A stretch of DNA of 64,000 bases from a virus. Position numbers and translations under genes: made by a program. The DNA lies in the UHGV virus genome UHGV-0134996; one strand, given 5' to 3'. Under the pieces are notes generated by a model. It saw only the letters and a list, made by a program, of their open reading frames with translations, did not search any database and was not told where the DNA came from. Below are positions 1 to 9,770 of the stretch, in pieces; positions within the stretch are counted from its first letter, which is position 1, and each line of letters begins with the position of its first letter.

Positions 1-674
1 TCAGCCAGTTCGGCAGCCAGGCGCAGAGCTTCGGGCAATGTTTGGGGGATCGCTGGAGAAGCAGCGCTAACCTGCTGCAACTCCTCCAGCTTGTCGATCA
101 GCGAACGGCGGACCGCTTTTGACTCGCGCGCGGCGACTCGCAGGGCTTGTTTGAAAGTCATGGTGATAATGTCTATGTTTGCACCATTTTTGCGACCTAC
201 ACTTTTTGTGTAGGTCTCACCTTCAAGCTCATCTACAACCTTCTCAATAAACTTATTATTTCTTACTAATGGTTCCCCACATAACTTACGCGCCTCATTA
301 ACCATCTTTAACAGCGTCTGGCTGTCGATTGTGTCTCCGGTGTTGGGGATAGCATCCATGACCGGTGCTGGTGTGGTTGCTGTCAAAGGCTTTGTAACGA
401 CAACATCTGGTTTGCTTGCTTTCATTCTGTGTGCCTCCTTGCGTGTTTCGGCTGCGACGGTTGCGTAATTCAGATGCCCCTGTTCGAGCAGGTATTCGCG
501 GATATCAGACAACAGAATGCGGTGAACAGCGTTCTTGTCCTTTCTCCGGTAAAGTTGTTTGGTGATCATGAAGTAGTTGGCAATAACACCCGGTATATCC
601 CTGGTACTGATACAGGATGTGTGCTGTTCAATTGCCTCAATCATTTCTTCACGGGTGACTAATGACGTTCTCAT
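1..674 (-). CDS. ant: Antirepressor Ant-like (immI-like copy 1), N-terminal ~224 codons; gene runs past window start
   Basis: ATG at 674-672 (minus), open frame to position 1; ~70% aa identity over aligned region to complete 346-aa Ant-like ORF at 51153-52193; clear nucleotide similarity to 51520-52200. Confidence 0.7.
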   Translation of the reverse strand, partial: MRTSLVTREEMIEAIEQHTSCISTRDIPGVIANYFMITKQLYRRKDKNAVHRILLSDIREYLLEQGHLNYATVAAETRKEAHRMKASKPDVVVTKPLTATTPAPVMDAIPNTGDTIDSQTLLKMVNEARKLCGEPLVRNNKFIEKVVDELEGETYTKSVGRKNGANIDIITMTFKQALRVAARESKAVRRSLIDKLEELQQVSAASPAIPQTLPEALRLAAELA

Positions 675-892
675 CGTCCCTCCTGAGCAGAAGTGTTAAC
701 AGGGAGGCACCAGTAACTGAGAGAATTGCGCGAGTTAGTTGAAAAACGGGCAGTAAAAATGCAGGGGCCATCAGGCAATTGAGAGCGTGCCTCATCTTCT
801 GTCGGTGCAATAACGAAGTGATAGTGACGTTTTTGGCAGGAGTAAAAGCGCCAGATAAATTCAGGATGAGTTGGGGTAGGGATAGTAGCCAT
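671..892 (-). CDS. icd: Icd-like small protein (Ash family, cell-division inhibitor), copy 1
   Basis: 73-codon ORF MATIPTPTHPEFIWRFYSC...; stop overlaps ant start (ATGA coupling); paralogue of 52190-52411. Confidence 0.6.
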   Translation of the reverse strand: MATIPTPTHPEFIWRFYSCQKRHYHFVIAPTEDEARSQLPDGPCIFTARFSTNSRNSLSYWCLPVNTSAQEGR

Positions 893-894
893 AT

Positions 895-1130
895 TGGCAG
901 CCTCCTTAGACGTTGGTATGTAACCACCGCAGAAGAGACCAATCTTGCTGGCGGTGGACTGTACGGAGTTGGCCTTACTGGCGTCCAAGGTAACCAGCCT
1001 ACCCGAAGGTAGCCCCATACAGCCCACCATTGTAGAGGTGTGCGTGTACGCCGATACAAAAAAAAGACGCGAGCGGCGTCTGTATCGCCTTAGACTTAAG
1101 CGGGAGGCCAATCCCGGCACCCGTTTTAAT
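895..1130 (-). ncRNA. Candidate c4-like antisense RNA / immI leader (copy 1)
   Basis: Lies upstream of icd as c4 does in P1 immI; UUCG-loop hairpin at 998-1011 conserved in position with copy 2 but with a different stem; boundaries not determined. Confidence 0.3.
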
Positions 1131-1211
1131 GAGGTGCCTGATAAGCATAAACCGAAAATGCCTCAAGGCGCAAGAGGTCAGGTTCAATGTAACATCGGCA
1201 GTCAAAAAACA

Positions 1212-1228
1212 CAATTTATTAGAGCAAA
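1212..1228 (-). promoter_or_regulatory. C1-repressor operator-like 17-mer (15/17 to ATTGCTCTAATAAATTT on minus strand)
   Basis: Plus strand caatttattagagcaaa; sits between pacB stop and immI copy 1. Confidence 0.6.
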
Positions 1229-1231
1229 TAT

Positions 1232-2716
1232 TTATTCGTTAAGCCATGCAAGAGCTTCATCAACCTGCGCTTCGTCTTCGACGCTAAGCACTTCATCCTG
1301 GGGAACATAATCCGCCAGCATAGCGAAACAATATGTATCCCAATGGTCTGGTGAGTGCAGGTTGAGTTTTTTCTTCATATCCTCCTTACTCATCACCTTC
1401 CATTGACCTGCGGAGTTAATCCCTACAGGGATTTTCGACGCTTCCTCAATAGTTTCATTACCCTTATCCAGTCTCATACGACCAGATTTTACTGCCTCTG
1501 CGGCTTGAACGTTGGCATAAGCACGTTTATCAAAGTACAGGCTCTTATCTTCACGGCTATGCATCTTTTTACCCCAGCGTATACGCTGTACGGTAATACC
1601 ATAATGCTCGTACATCAGATCCGCCGTTGCTTTACCCAGGCCATCGCCGTCTATCGCTATGGTGATATTTGGGAATCGCTCAGGATTGCATTCTGCGAAA
1701 ATTTTGGCGGCAAGCTGCGTTTCTGTAACGTCTGTGTATTCCAGCATTCGATAGTTGATTACACGGCGTTTATTTCGCTGGCCGGACACCATCATGATAT
1801 TGATAACGGACTTATCCCGTCCCGTACCACCAGCAACGTCCACACATGCAAGCCAGCCCCATCCTTTTGCAATCTTGACTTTCCGCCGCGTTGCACGTTC
1901 AACCTCATCACGCCCAAGAAGGAAGCCATCCTGTGATTTAGGGAATAGGCCGCGTACCTTAATCATGTACATAGGGTTATCACGCCCGCCGTACTCCGCC
2001 AGCTTCATTTTGATAAATGCTGGCGTTACCAGCGGTGATTCCTCACTGTTAAGCGTGATCGCCGTATAAACGCCATCTGGGTTACCAGGACGCTTGGCCA
2101 GTTTATGGTGAGTATCGTAGAAATAGCCGCTTGGGCGTGTAGGCTGTGACAGTAATAAGATGCGGTTATCCTGTCCGGTAAGAGCACCGGTGATGATACC
2201 GAAAGCTCTATCACTGACACCGGAGGCTTCATCGATAATATACAGAAGATGATCTGCGTGTTCACCGGCGAGAGCTTCTTCACTTCCCAGACGAAAGCCC
2301 TTCGGTACTACAGTCCATACACCTTTACCAGTAACCTCATAGAAAGCGGTTTCTGTCAGAACAAAATAATCAGCAAGCCATGGAAAACGGCTGGTGGCAG
2401 TAGCCCAGTTTATCTTGATGTACTTGAATATACCGGTCATTACCTGCTGAATTTTGTTCGCAACGATAATGGCGCGGGCACCGGGATACATGATTATGAA
2501 CAACATGATCATGATAGAAGTCATGTCTGATTTCCCGGTACCGTGACCAGACGAAACAGATGTCTTGCTACCCTGTTCCTGCACAGACTCAATAATCAGA
2601 TCCTGCTGCCAGGTAGGTGTTTTGCCGAATAAAACATCAGCGGCCGCAATCCAGTCATAACGATATAGCGCCACCAGCTCGCGCCAACGTGGATCCGTTA
2701 CGCAACTTCTGGCCAT
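1232..2716 (-). CDS. pacB: Terminase large subunit (PacB-like)
   Basis: 494 aa; Walker A-like GHGTGKS near N-terminus; directly downstream of and overlapping pacA stop; size matches P1 PacB. Confidence 0.85.
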   Translation of the reverse strand: MARSCVTDPRWRELVALYRYDWIAAADVLFGKTPTWQQDLIIESVQEQGSKTSVSSGHGTGKSDMTSIMIMLFIIMYPGARAIIVANKIQQVMTGIFKYIKINWATATSRFPWLADYFVLTETAFYEVTGKGVWTVVPKGFRLGSEEALAGEHADHLLYIIDEASGVSDRAFGIITGALTGQDNRILLLSQPTRPSGYFYDTHHKLAKRPGNPDGVYTAITLNSEESPLVTPAFIKMKLAEYGGRDNPMYMIKVRGLFPKSQDGFLLGRDEVERATRRKVKIAKGWGWLACVDVAGGTGRDKSVINIMMVSGQRNKRRVINYRMLEYTDVTETQLAAKIFAECNPERFPNITIAIDGDGLGKATADLMYEHYGITVQRIRWGKKMHSREDKSLYFDKRAYANVQAAEAVKSGRMRLDKGNETIEEASKIPVGINSAGQWKVMSKEDMKKKLNLHSPDHWDTYCFAMLADYVPQDEVLSVEDEAQVDEALAWLNE

Positions 2717-3909
2717 TAATCATCATCCCCGTATAGCTTGCGGGTAACTTCTTCGTCTTCCTCCTCGTCTTCGTCCAGGTCTTGTTCCAGCCATGGGTCG
2801 TTTGATACACCTTCAGTATCAACATCTCCATAACCGCCTGTATCAACGATATCGGCGATTTCTTCCCTACGCTGCTCAATCCACAATGCGGCATCGGCGC
2901 GGCGGTTGGCGGCCCGTTCTCGCGCAACTTTGTCCAGATCGTCAAGAGAAGGGCCACCGACGGCTGTTTGCCTTTCCTCATCATCGGTATTGGTCTTAGG
3001 AGCACGCAGATCGGCTTTGATTTGCTCCAGCATCAGGGGCGGCACTTTCCCGCCATGCGCCTCGATGAATTCAGCTGCTTCCAGCACTGACCAGTTATTT
3101 TCACGCTTTCGTTCGTATGCCAGCTTAACAATGCCAGCTTGCCCCATAGATAAAGCGTGCTTTTCCGCCTCCCGGCTTTCTTTTCGATAGTTATTCCGGA
3201 TGCTGTAAATGGTGTTGATCAGGCTGCTTATCTGCGCGGAACAGCTGTTTAGCATGCTCGCGATACGATATTCAGGCGGAGTCCCTTCACCATCGTCTTT
3301 TTGCTGATCGCGCATTTCCTGCACCAGACGAATACACGTATCCCTGGCGTTCTCCAGCATAAGGAGATGAGAAAGAGACTTTTCAAGAAGAGTGGTTTCC
3401 AGAACATCGGCCCCGGACCGACGCAACATAGCGCGCGCGGCCTTCCGCGCTTCAACGTTATCTATCAGGTAATCGTCAGCTTCGAATTCAAAGCGTTCAC
3501 CATCATCATCCAGGGTGTCGCGTTCCAGGCGATCACGTAAGGTCCGGTGGGCGCGGGTGATCACGTCATGATCATCAGAACGATCATTTATGCGCTTATT
3601 CTGGCGCTTCGCGTTCTCGACTGCGGCACTGACAACAGCATTAACTCTTTGTTTTTCAGCCATTTCAGCCACAATGTGATCACCTGCATGTTGATCATTA
3701 GCGTGATCAATGATCATGCTTTTTAGTGGTTTTCTGACAGGCTTATTTGGCTTACGGCTGTCCGCTGTTCCGGTGTCTTCTTTGAATGCACGGAGATAAC
3801 GACGTGCGGTGTTTGGGTTGAGATTAAACTCGGCGGCATATTGTGCGATGGTGTAACCACCATCTCGCGCCAGGCGAGCAAAATTCTTCTTGTGATCGTC
3901 CCAGGTCAC
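2716..3909 (-). CDS. pacA: Terminase small / pac-recognition subunit (PacA-like), GTG start
   Basis: 397 aa with N-terminal HTH-like segment and acidic C-terminus; AAGGAAG RBS before GTG; contains the pac-like GATC cluster. Confidence 0.75.
   Translation of the reverse strand: MTWDDHKKNFARLARDGGYTIAQYAAEFNLNPNTARRYLRAFKEDTGTADSRKPNKPVRKPLKSMIIDHANDQHAGDHIVAEMAEKQRVNAVVSAAVENAKRQNKRINDRSDDHDVITRAHRTLRDRLERDTLDDDGERFEFEADDYLIDNVEARKAARAMLRRSGADVLETTLLEKSLSHLLMLENARDTCIRLVQEMRDQQKDDGEGTPPEYRIASMLNSCSAQISSLINTIYSIRNNYRKESREAEKHALSMGQAGIVKLAYERKRENNWSVLEAAEFIEAHGGKVPPLMLEQIKADLRAPKTNTDDEERQTAVGGPSLDDLDKVARERAANRRADAALWIEQRREEIADIVDTGGYGDVDTEGVSNDPWLEQDLDEDEEEDEEVTRKLYGDDD
3557..3716. other. pac-like packaging site inside pacA: seven GATC-containing hexamers in two clusters (3 + 4)
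   Basis: GATC at 3558, 3570, 3582 and 3678, 3693, 3705, 3712, mostly as TGATCA; matches the P1 pac architecture (Dam-methylation-regulated). Confidence 0.7.
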
Positions 3910-3995
3910 TTATGCTTCCTTTCGTATAAAACTCTTTTTGACGCGAGGGTAACGAAAGTCACATGTCAAAAGGCCCGGAACGGGCAAGCAATCAA

Positions 3996-4448
3996 TCAGA
4001 TACGTGCGGATGTGGCATTACCGTAATGACGGTGCTGACGGACCACCTTATTGAAAAGTTGACGCGCCATCACCCAAGGCTGGTGCTCCCGGCGTTCCTT
4101 TTCGTCCTGCGTCATATAGAGTTCGTTCTGGAGTTTTTCATCAAACCGGCGCGGAGCGCGGCTGCGGCGAAAGAATTCAGGATTCAGAGAGTGGATCTGA
4201 AATCTACGTGGGCGTGTACTGTCATCAATCAAAACAGACGAATACTTAGACACAGCGATAGCCTTTAAGCGCAGATAAACATCGCGCTTATCGACATCCA
4301 GATGCGGGTATTCCTTTTCAAGAATTGCTGCGAGTTCTTTCGCTGATAGAAGAGATTTAGTGCGGATCATGTAATCCGCAATCTCGTACGATGTTATTCG
4401 TGAGTGATTTATTTCCATGAAGTGGCGTCCCTGCCAGTTAAGTAACAT
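3996..4448 (-). CDS. lpa: Lpa-like protein (late-promoter activator position), HTH-like segment
   Basis: 150 aa; AGGTGA RBS; located between pdcB-like and pacA as lpa is in P1; preceded by operator-like site; assignment by position and size. Confidence 0.45.
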   Translation of the reverse strand: MLLNWQGRHFMEINHSRITSYEIADYMIRTKSLLSAKELAAILEKEYPHLDVDKRDVYLRLKAIAVSKYSSVLIDDSTRPRRFQIHSLNPEFFRRSRAPRRFDEKLQNELYMTQDEKERREHQPWVMARQLFNKVVRQHRHYGNATSARI

Positions 4449-4518
4449 CCTGTCACCTACTGATTAGCCCATGTCAACTAATCAACGTGGAATATAATAC
4501 CCTCGATTAAAGAAATAG

Positions 4519-4535
4519 CAATACATTAGAGCAAT
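4519..4535 (-). promoter_or_regulatory. C1 operator-like 17-mer (14/17)
   Basis: Plus strand caatacattagagcaat upstream of lpa-like gene. Confidence 0.5.
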
Positions 4536-4536
4536 T

Positions 4537-5580
4537 TTATCTAACGCTCGACGAGTGACTTGTGATAGCGCCGACTCCAAGCGCGTAATCAAAGAACAAT
4601 CGTTGATGCATCGCCAGCCTACCGTGCGTCTTCTCCCAATTATCGCGGTCACGCTCAATATCACGCTGGCATGACTGGCACAGAGGAATAGCATAAATGT
4701 CATGCGCGCATAATCGACTATGACGAACGATATAAGGCGTAATGTGAGCGCCAGCTCCCGCAGCTCCACAGCCACAGCATGGACGGGAAGCCACAAAGTC
4801 CATGTACTCGGGCAATTTTAGCGATTGAAGTTTTGGTATTTTGAAATGCGCCATACCTGGGTCGGAGTCAACATCCACAGGGCATACTTTTGCACGCATC
4901 GGCGCGGCGCGTTCTTCCATCATCTGAACATATGCTGTAGCGCGATCGTCATACGGGCGAATATCCGCCTCTTTCAGAGGTCCGCTATCCTGCGGAGTAG
5001 CCTTCATCTTATTTATTGATATGCGGCAGACTTCTTCCGGCATCAGGTGCATCATGTTGCGCATGAAAGCCCACCAGCACAGCTCCTGAATACTTAAATC
5101 ATGGCTATTTGAAAGGCCCATTTCCTGACGGGCGACATCCAGTATCCAGTTAACGCGATTATTGTGCAGCGTTTCTTTCAGCTCATTAAAACCACGCATC
5201 CGGTAATGGTTATCGTGATGCCAGCACAACAACACCGCGCTATTGTCTCGTTCAGCGTGGACAATATGGTTGTCACACCAACTACGATCTGCGGCCTGGC
5301 ATTGACCCTCTTTCCTACGCAACCACGCCACCAGCGCGTCAATTCCACCAATACGGCGAAACAGTTCATCGCTGTTAAAAAACGGCTGCAACGCCTCATT
5401 TGTTGCCATGGTTTGCTCGGTAACAACGAGGCCGTCTTCCATGTGCTCGATTAACTCACGCGGCACCGGCTCCATAATAAATTTACGGCCAGCCTCCACC
5501 AGCTTTCTGACCTCCTGATCCACTTTGAACGTGGCGACGCCAAGCTCTTTTTGTACAAAGGGAGTAATTACGGCTTTCAC
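4537..5580 (-). CDS. DUF968-like protein with C-terminal Cys/His (HNH-like) cluster (PdcB position)
   Basis: 347 aa; CGCGAAG...HSRLCAHD...CQSCQ motifs. Confidence 0.5.
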   Translation of the reverse strand: MKAVITPFVQKELGVATFKVDQEVRKLVEAGRKFIMEPVPRELIEHMEDGLVVTEQTMATNEALQPFFNSDELFRRIGGIDALVAWLRRKEGQCQAADRSWCDNHIVHAERDNSAVLLCWHHDNHYRMRGFNELKETLHNNRVNWILDVARQEMGLSNSHDLSIQELCWWAFMRNMMHLMPEEVCRISINKMKATPQDSGPLKEADIRPYDDRATAYVQMMEERAAPMRAKVCPVDVDSDPGMAHFKIPKLQSLKLPEYMDFVASRPCCGCGAAGAGAHITPYIVRHSRLCAHDIYAIPLCQSCQRDIERDRDNWEKTHGRLAMHQRLFFDYALGVGAITSHSSSVR

Positions 5581-5607
5581 ATCACACCTTTCATCACTGA
5601 TTGGGCT

Positions 5608-5808
5608 TTATCTGCTGCCCGGCATTCTCTGTTTAAGCACAACCATTTCCTGACGGCATAACACAGCAATAGCGGTCCTGGCACCAATTTGCTTACCAAC
5701 CAGGTATTGCTTTACCTCGCGGCGACTCACGCCATCAAGAAGCATCTTTAACGCTTCACGGGACAATTTGTTGTATTTACGTGCCATTAATCTACTCCGC
5801 GGAACCAT
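5608..5808 (-). CDS. Small basic protein (PdcA position), possible DNA-binding
   Basis: 66 aa ORF downstream of doc. Confidence 0.35.
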   Translation of the reverse strand: MVPRSRLMARKYNKLSREALKMLLDGVSRREVKQYLVGKQIGARTAIAVLCRQEMVVLKQRMPGSR

Positions 5809-6172
5809 ACAATCTACGTAACGTGTCGGCGACAGAAGATACAGATATCTCTCCTGTCGCAGCCCCTACGGTAAGGTCTGCCAGTTCAGGTGAATCAAAT
5901 ACCTGCACCCCGTTACGGCGTAGAAATAACAGCGCACTGTTTAGCGCGGTACGCTTATTGGCATCATTGAATATATGCCCTCTCGCTGTAGCCACCAGGT
6001 AGGTGGCGGAGACTTCGAAAAGGTCGGTGATCTCTTCGTAGGCAACTCTGGCCTGAACTCTCCCGATAATGGCCTCTGCCCTACCCGGATCTGACATTCC
6101 CGGCAGGCCGCCGTAGCGGTTTATATTCGCATCATGAAGCGCAATAAGTTCTTCCGGTGATATATGCCTCAT
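5792..6172 (-). CDS. doc: Doc toxin (Fic/Doc family, death on curing)
   Basis: 126 aa; strong recall of Doc sequence ([14 protein letters not shown]...); overlaps phd stop. Confidence 0.9.
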   Translation of the reverse strand: MRHISPEELIALHDANINRYGGLPGMSDPGRAEAIIGRVQARVAYEEITDLFEVSATYLVATARGHIFNDANKRTALNSALLFLRRNGVQVFDSPELADLTVGAATGEISVSSVADTLRRLYGSAE

Positions 6173-6393
6173 TATCGGTTAACCAGTTCCTTGTTGGTGG
6201 AGTCCAGGGTGTCAAACAGGGATGCAAATTCAGCATCCAGCGCCGCTTTTTTGTAGGCTTCGAAAGTAGCCTTGCTGACAATTACTGCTGGCTCACGGCC
6301 TCTGCGGGTGATTTCAACCTCTTCCCCGGCTTCAACATTGTTGAGCACTTCAGAAAGGTTGCCGCGCGCGGTACGGAAGTTAATGGATTGCAT
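6172..6393 (-). CDS. phd: Phd antitoxin (prevent host death)
   Basis: 73 aa [18 protein letters not shown]...; classic phd-doc order. Confidence 0.9.
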   Translation of the reverse strand: MQSINFRTARGNLSEVLNNVEAGEEVEITRRGREPAVIVSKATFEAYKKAALDAEFASLFDTLDSTNKELVNR

Positions 6394-6414
6394 AAACACC
6401 TCATGTACTCGTTA

Positions 6415-6424
6415 TGTGTACACA
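6415..6424. promoter_or_regulatory. Palindrome TGTGTACACA in phd promoter region (candidate Phd/Doc operator)
   Basis: Perfect 10-bp palindrome ~22 bp upstream of phd ATG. Confidence 0.45.
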
Positions 6425-6465
6425 ATTATAAACCTCACAGGCATAAAGCACCAGCACTTTGCAGC

Positions 6466-6855
6466 TTAAATAACCGGACAATCATCAAATTCCCCACTTC
6501 GGGCATCATTGATGACATGAGTGATCACACCAAAAACAGCATTACTGCCCGTGTATCCATCGTCATCTACTGGTAACGCCTCTTTCTTCCCGGTGCTTAA
6601 GTCCTCCAGGTGCTGGCGCGGATACTTCCTGTATCTCTTTATGCGATATTCACCCTCCATAGCGCACACAAGCAGAGAACCATCAACCGGAGTAAGCGAG
6701 GAATCAACCACCAGCAAAGCACCCTGCAATATTCCCTCACGGTGATGGCTATCAGCTGCCCGCATGAAGTAGGTCGCTGAAGGATGTCTAATTATCTGCT
6801 GATCAAGAGAAATTCGGCTTTCAACATAATCCGCCGCAGGAGAAGGGAAGCCCAT
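6466..6855 (-). CDS. humD: UmuD-like S24 peptidase (HumD)
   Basis: 129 aa; GFPSPAADYVE...HPSATYF motif as in UmuD; no umuC partner. Confidence 0.85.
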   Translation of the reverse strand: MGFPSPAADYVESRISLDQQIIRHPSATYFMRAADSHHREGILQGALLVVDSSLTPVDGSLLVCAMEGEYRIKRYRKYPRQHLEDLSTGKKEALPVDDDGYTGSNAVFGVITHVINDARSGEFDDCPVI

Positions 6856-6873
6856 AGCGTTTTACCTCAATGA

Positions 6874-6893
6874 TACTGTTTATTCATACAGTA
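6874..6893. promoter_or_regulatory. LexA (SOS) box TACTGTTTATTCATACAGTA
   Basis: CTGT-N8-ACAG at 6876-6891, ~21 bp upstream of humD start. Confidence 0.8.
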
Positions 6894-6978
6894 TACATTG
6901 AAAAGGCATAGTTTGTGAAAGCGGGGTTTGTAGGCGCGCCACGCTGGGGGCTAATCACATTTCTCCCCCATCTTGCCG

Positions 6979-7230
6979 TTATTTTTTTGGTGCATCCTCG
7001 TTCTGATACACCGGATCGCTCCCTTTTGGCAACTGGAGGCTTAACTGCCGGTAGTGCCGTAGCCGTTCCATGAAATAGGCGCGCAGGTTTTCCGGTTGCT
7101 CACGGGCCACCTGCTCTGCAATCACAGGTATATTCAGCCGTTCTTTGTAAGCAACGCCGCTGGCGGCAAGGTCTACGTTCACCTTGTCTCGCTCTTCCTG
7201 GCTTTTAGCTGCTATATTTCGATCTGACAC
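6979..7230 (-). CDS. hot: Hot, homologue of DNA polymerase III theta subunit (HolE-like)
   Basis: 83 aa; [43 protein letters not shown] aligns with E. coli HolE. Confidence 0.8.
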   Translation of the reverse strand: MSDRNIAAKSQEERDKVNVDLAASGVAYKERLNIPVIAEQVAREQPENLRAYFMERLRHYRQLSLQLPKGSDPVYQNEDAPKK

Positions 7231-7262
7231 AAGAAACCTCCAGGAGTTAGTGGATCAGGCAC

Positions 7263-7613
7263 ATGCACAATAACGTTCTCAATGTTAGCCGTTCAATTCA
7301 GACAATCAGAGACTGCACCAGTGTGGTGGCATCAATCCCGTTGCGGAACAGCATAGACGAACTGCAAATTCGTGTATTGAATCCGAATCAGGCTAATAAG
7401 CAATTGCGCTTTATTTTGACGCTGAAAAGTGAAACAGAGGGGATAAAGCACAGAGTAAAAGTGTTTTCTGAGGCCATTCTGCTTAATGGGAAGCTCCGGC
7501 ATCTGGTAAGGCCAGAACGTCAATATCCTGACGTCCTGGCGCGTGAAAAAGACCTTCTTTCTGAAGTTCAGGATAGGGTGATCGATTTCGTCAAATGCTA
7601 TCCCCTGCATTGA
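7263..7613 (+). CDS. Hypothetical protein (isolated plus-strand ORF; may be non-coding)
   Basis: 116 aa ORF, weak RBS, overlaps a minus-strand ORF. Confidence 0.2.
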   Translation: MHNNVLNVSRSIQTIRDCTSVVASIPLRNSIDELQIRVLNPNQANKQLRFILTLKSETEGIKHRVKVFSEAILLNGKLRHLVRPERQYPDVLAREKDLLSEVQDRVIDFVKCYPLH

Positions 7614-7882
7614 GGGCAGGTGTTCCCTTCCGCAAAGTAGGGAAAATTGCTATCAAGTTCATCACACCATCTGCGATGGTCGTAGCACCAAAACGCCTCC
7701 CACGGTGCACGGAAATACTTCATCCACCAGGACACTCGATCAGGTATATCTGCTGGTGGCAGTTCTTCTGGCAATAATTTGCCTGATAATTCCCTTTCCG
7801 CCCGCGACAGCATTTTTTTGAGGCTCGCGTTCTCTTTTTCAAGCTCATCTACGCGCACCTGTAATTCAGCTTTCGTTGGCAT
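7598..7882 (-). CDS. Hypothetical protein, Trp/Cys-rich C-terminus
   Basis: Start at MPTKAEL within 7598-7963 ORF. Confidence 0.35.
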   Translation of the reverse strand: MPTKAELQVRVDELEKENASLKKMLSRAERELSGKLLPEELPPADIPDRVSWWMKYFRAPWEAFWCYDHRRWCDELDSNFPYFAEGNTCPQCRG

Positions 7883-8546
7883 GGTCCACCTCATGCTTTT
7901 CAGCCACCAGCGGCAATAAAGCCCTGGCCATCTTATGAACCAATAGTGCATCAATAATGCCAAGCGTATGCCCCGGCTTAATGTTTAATGCCGCCTCAAG
8001 GCGACACCTTTCCAGGCCACTTTTCTCGGCTTGTTTATGATGATCTGGTGTAATAACGTCGCCCAAAACACGGCTAATTCTTTCTCGTAATTGCTGGGTG
8101 CCAGCACACTTGATCGCTGTATCGTGGAGACGGTTAACCAGTTCGCGATAAACATGCGGCTTAATTCGGATACGTTCACCGGTGACGCCCTTTCCTGGTG
8201 CTGGCACCGAACTATCCGGAATATCCGGATAGTTGCCAGCCTCGTAAGCTACCCGCAGCCAGTGCATGAATGTTTCAGTGGACACACAACCACAGTCCAC
8301 ATCGATTTTCCCGCGTTGCTGTTCCAGCCAATGCTCAAAATTCAATCTACACGTATTACTTTCATGTTGCTCTTTTTGTCTCAAGGCCAGCACCTGTTGG
8401 GCCAGTTCCAGAACGATACCGGGTGACGCTAACCTCTCAAATTCCAATAAATAGTTTGCGTCAGGATGACAAGTAGCCTCGCCTGCAAAAAATACCAATT
8501 GCTGTAAGTATGCTGTCGTTAGAGTAGTCATTTCTTTTTGCGCCAT
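7866..8546 (-). CDS. Hypothetical protein (island early-region gene)
   Basis: 226 aa ORF in minus-strand operon. Confidence 0.4.
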   Translation of the reverse strand: MAQKEMTTLTTAYLQQLVFFAGEATCHPDANYLLEFERLASPGIVLELAQQVLALRQKEQHESNTCRLNFEHWLEQQRGKIDVDCGCVSTETFMHWLRVAYEAGNYPDIPDSSVPAPGKGVTGERIRIKPHVYRELVNRLHDTAIKCAGTQQLRERISRVLGDVITPDHHKQAEKSGLERCRLEAALNIKPGHTLGIIDALLVHKMARALLPLVAEKHEVDHANES

Positions 8547-8902
8547 TTCTTTTCACATTCCTTAGTCCATTTTTCAATGTTCATTTTGGCAATATCAGTC
8601 ATTCCATCACCTAAGAAATACTTTTTCCGGTACGTCTTGCACTTAAACCACACTACAACAGCCACCAGCCAGAAAATAAAAGGCCATACGGCAATACCAA
8701 CTCCAGCCGCGATAAAGCCCAATATCCATAAATGAAGCTCTCCAACTTCTGTTTCCGGCAATATTCTTAAAGAATTAAACAGCAGGCTGAACGAATGGTC
8801 GTATGCATTGGCAGTATAAGACATGCAATCCATATAATTAAAGTCATAGCCTGCGGCTGCCGCCCATAATGGGCGGTCAAGAAAATGTTTTAGTGTCATC
8901 AT
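8528..8902 (-). CDS. Hypothetical membrane protein
   Basis: 124 aa, hydrophobic segments LWILGFIAAGVGIAVWPFIFWLVAVVVWF, basic C-terminus. Confidence 0.4.
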   Translation of the reverse strand: MMTLKHFLDRPLWAAAAGYDFNYMDCMSYTANAYDHSFSLLFNSLRILPETEVGELHLWILGFIAAGVGIAVWPFIFWLVAVVVWFKCKTYRKKYFLGDGMTDIAKMNIEKWTKECEKKWRKKK

Positions 8903-8908
8903 ATTAAT

Positions 8909-9202
8909 TTAAGGTTCAGACCAGTTATCTTCAATAGCAATGCTTAATCTTTGTAGCCATTCTGCTAATTTCAGCATTGCTTCTCTTTCGCTTAAACCAC
9001 ACGGAAAATCATCAAGCGATATTGTTGGCTTGAAGTTTCCCAAATTATCCATTTCAACGGTCAGATTTTGCTCCAGAACGGTATTTCTTACACGGCTATT
9101 GTGCCGAAGCAAATATACTGAACGTGATTTATTGGTTTTGTGGTCGAACGTATATTCGGTAAGTATCATCTGACTTCCTCCATGATTATTACCGCGCCAC
9201 AT
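8909..9202 (-). CDS. Hypothetical protein
   Basis: 97 aa ORF. Confidence 0.35.
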   Translation of the reverse strand: MWRGNNHGGSQMILTEYTFDHKTNKSRSVYLLRHNSRVRNTVLEQNLTVEMDNLGNFKPTISLDDFPCGLSEREAMLKLAEWLQRLSIAIEDNWSEP

Positions 9203-9225
9203 AATTACTCCGTGTTAATTGAAAT

Positions 9226-9528
9226 TTAGCTATTAATCTTCACTTTTATCGCGAACACCTTTACCGGTTTATCACCGAAGTGTGGTTGTGTGATTGTTTT
9301 TATTTCATATCCGTTATACGGGACGTCAATTCTGCGACTGAAGTCTTTGCGCTTCGGATATCCCTTTGTGATAATCAGGCGGTAATACTTACGGTTAACG
9401 AGGCGCTTATTCCAGTAGTCATTACACAGGCGATACTCTTCCGTTTTCTCCCCGCGAATCATGGCATCGAAGTATTCACCTTTAACGGCAAGTTGCAGGT
9501 TAGCCATTACCTCACCTCCAGTCTCCAT
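9226..9528 (-). CDS. ASCH/PUA-like small protein (DUF3850-like)
   Basis: 100 aa; LQLAVKGEYFDAMIRGEKTEEYR pattern. Confidence 0.4.
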   Translation of the reverse strand: METGGEVMANLQLAVKGEYFDAMIRGEKTEEYRLCNDYWNKRLVNRKYYRLIITKGYPKRKDFSRRIDVPYNGYEIKTITQPHFGDKPVKVFAIKVKINS

Positions 9529-9770
9529 ACCGCCTGACCAATCCGGCTGGCATGGGTATCTTTGGATACTGTTCCGTCTTTAGCCAGCTCCATAAGAATT
9601 TTGCGCAAATCTGCCGAACGCCATTCTTCATCAGGAAATGCCTTCTCCATTGCCAACCGCAGATTCCAGGTTGCCATCCTGAATGGATATTCCCCGCCGA
9701 GAGCTTTATCTTGCAGGGCAGCCCGGGAACGCATCACCTGCAAAACCTTCTCTTTTACATCCATCATTTC
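9507..9770 (-). CDS. Hypothetical protein
   Basis: Start chosen at internal MMDVKEK to limit overlap with upstream gene. Confidence 0.3.
   Translation of the reverse strand, partial: EMMDVKEKVLQVMRSRAALQDKALGGEYPFRMATWNLRLAMEKAFPDEEWRSADLRKILMELAKDGTVSKDTHASRIGQAVWRLEVR

Noticed and set aside
1355-2530. Plus-strand ORFs 1355-1936, 1755-2069 and 2249-2530 inside pacB
   Set aside because: They lie antisense within a well-supported terminase gene and have no RBS; they are six-frame artefacts. The same applies to most plus-strand ORFs overlapping minus-strand genes between 2.7 and 21.8 kb and to antisense ORFs inside sit, dmt and parA.
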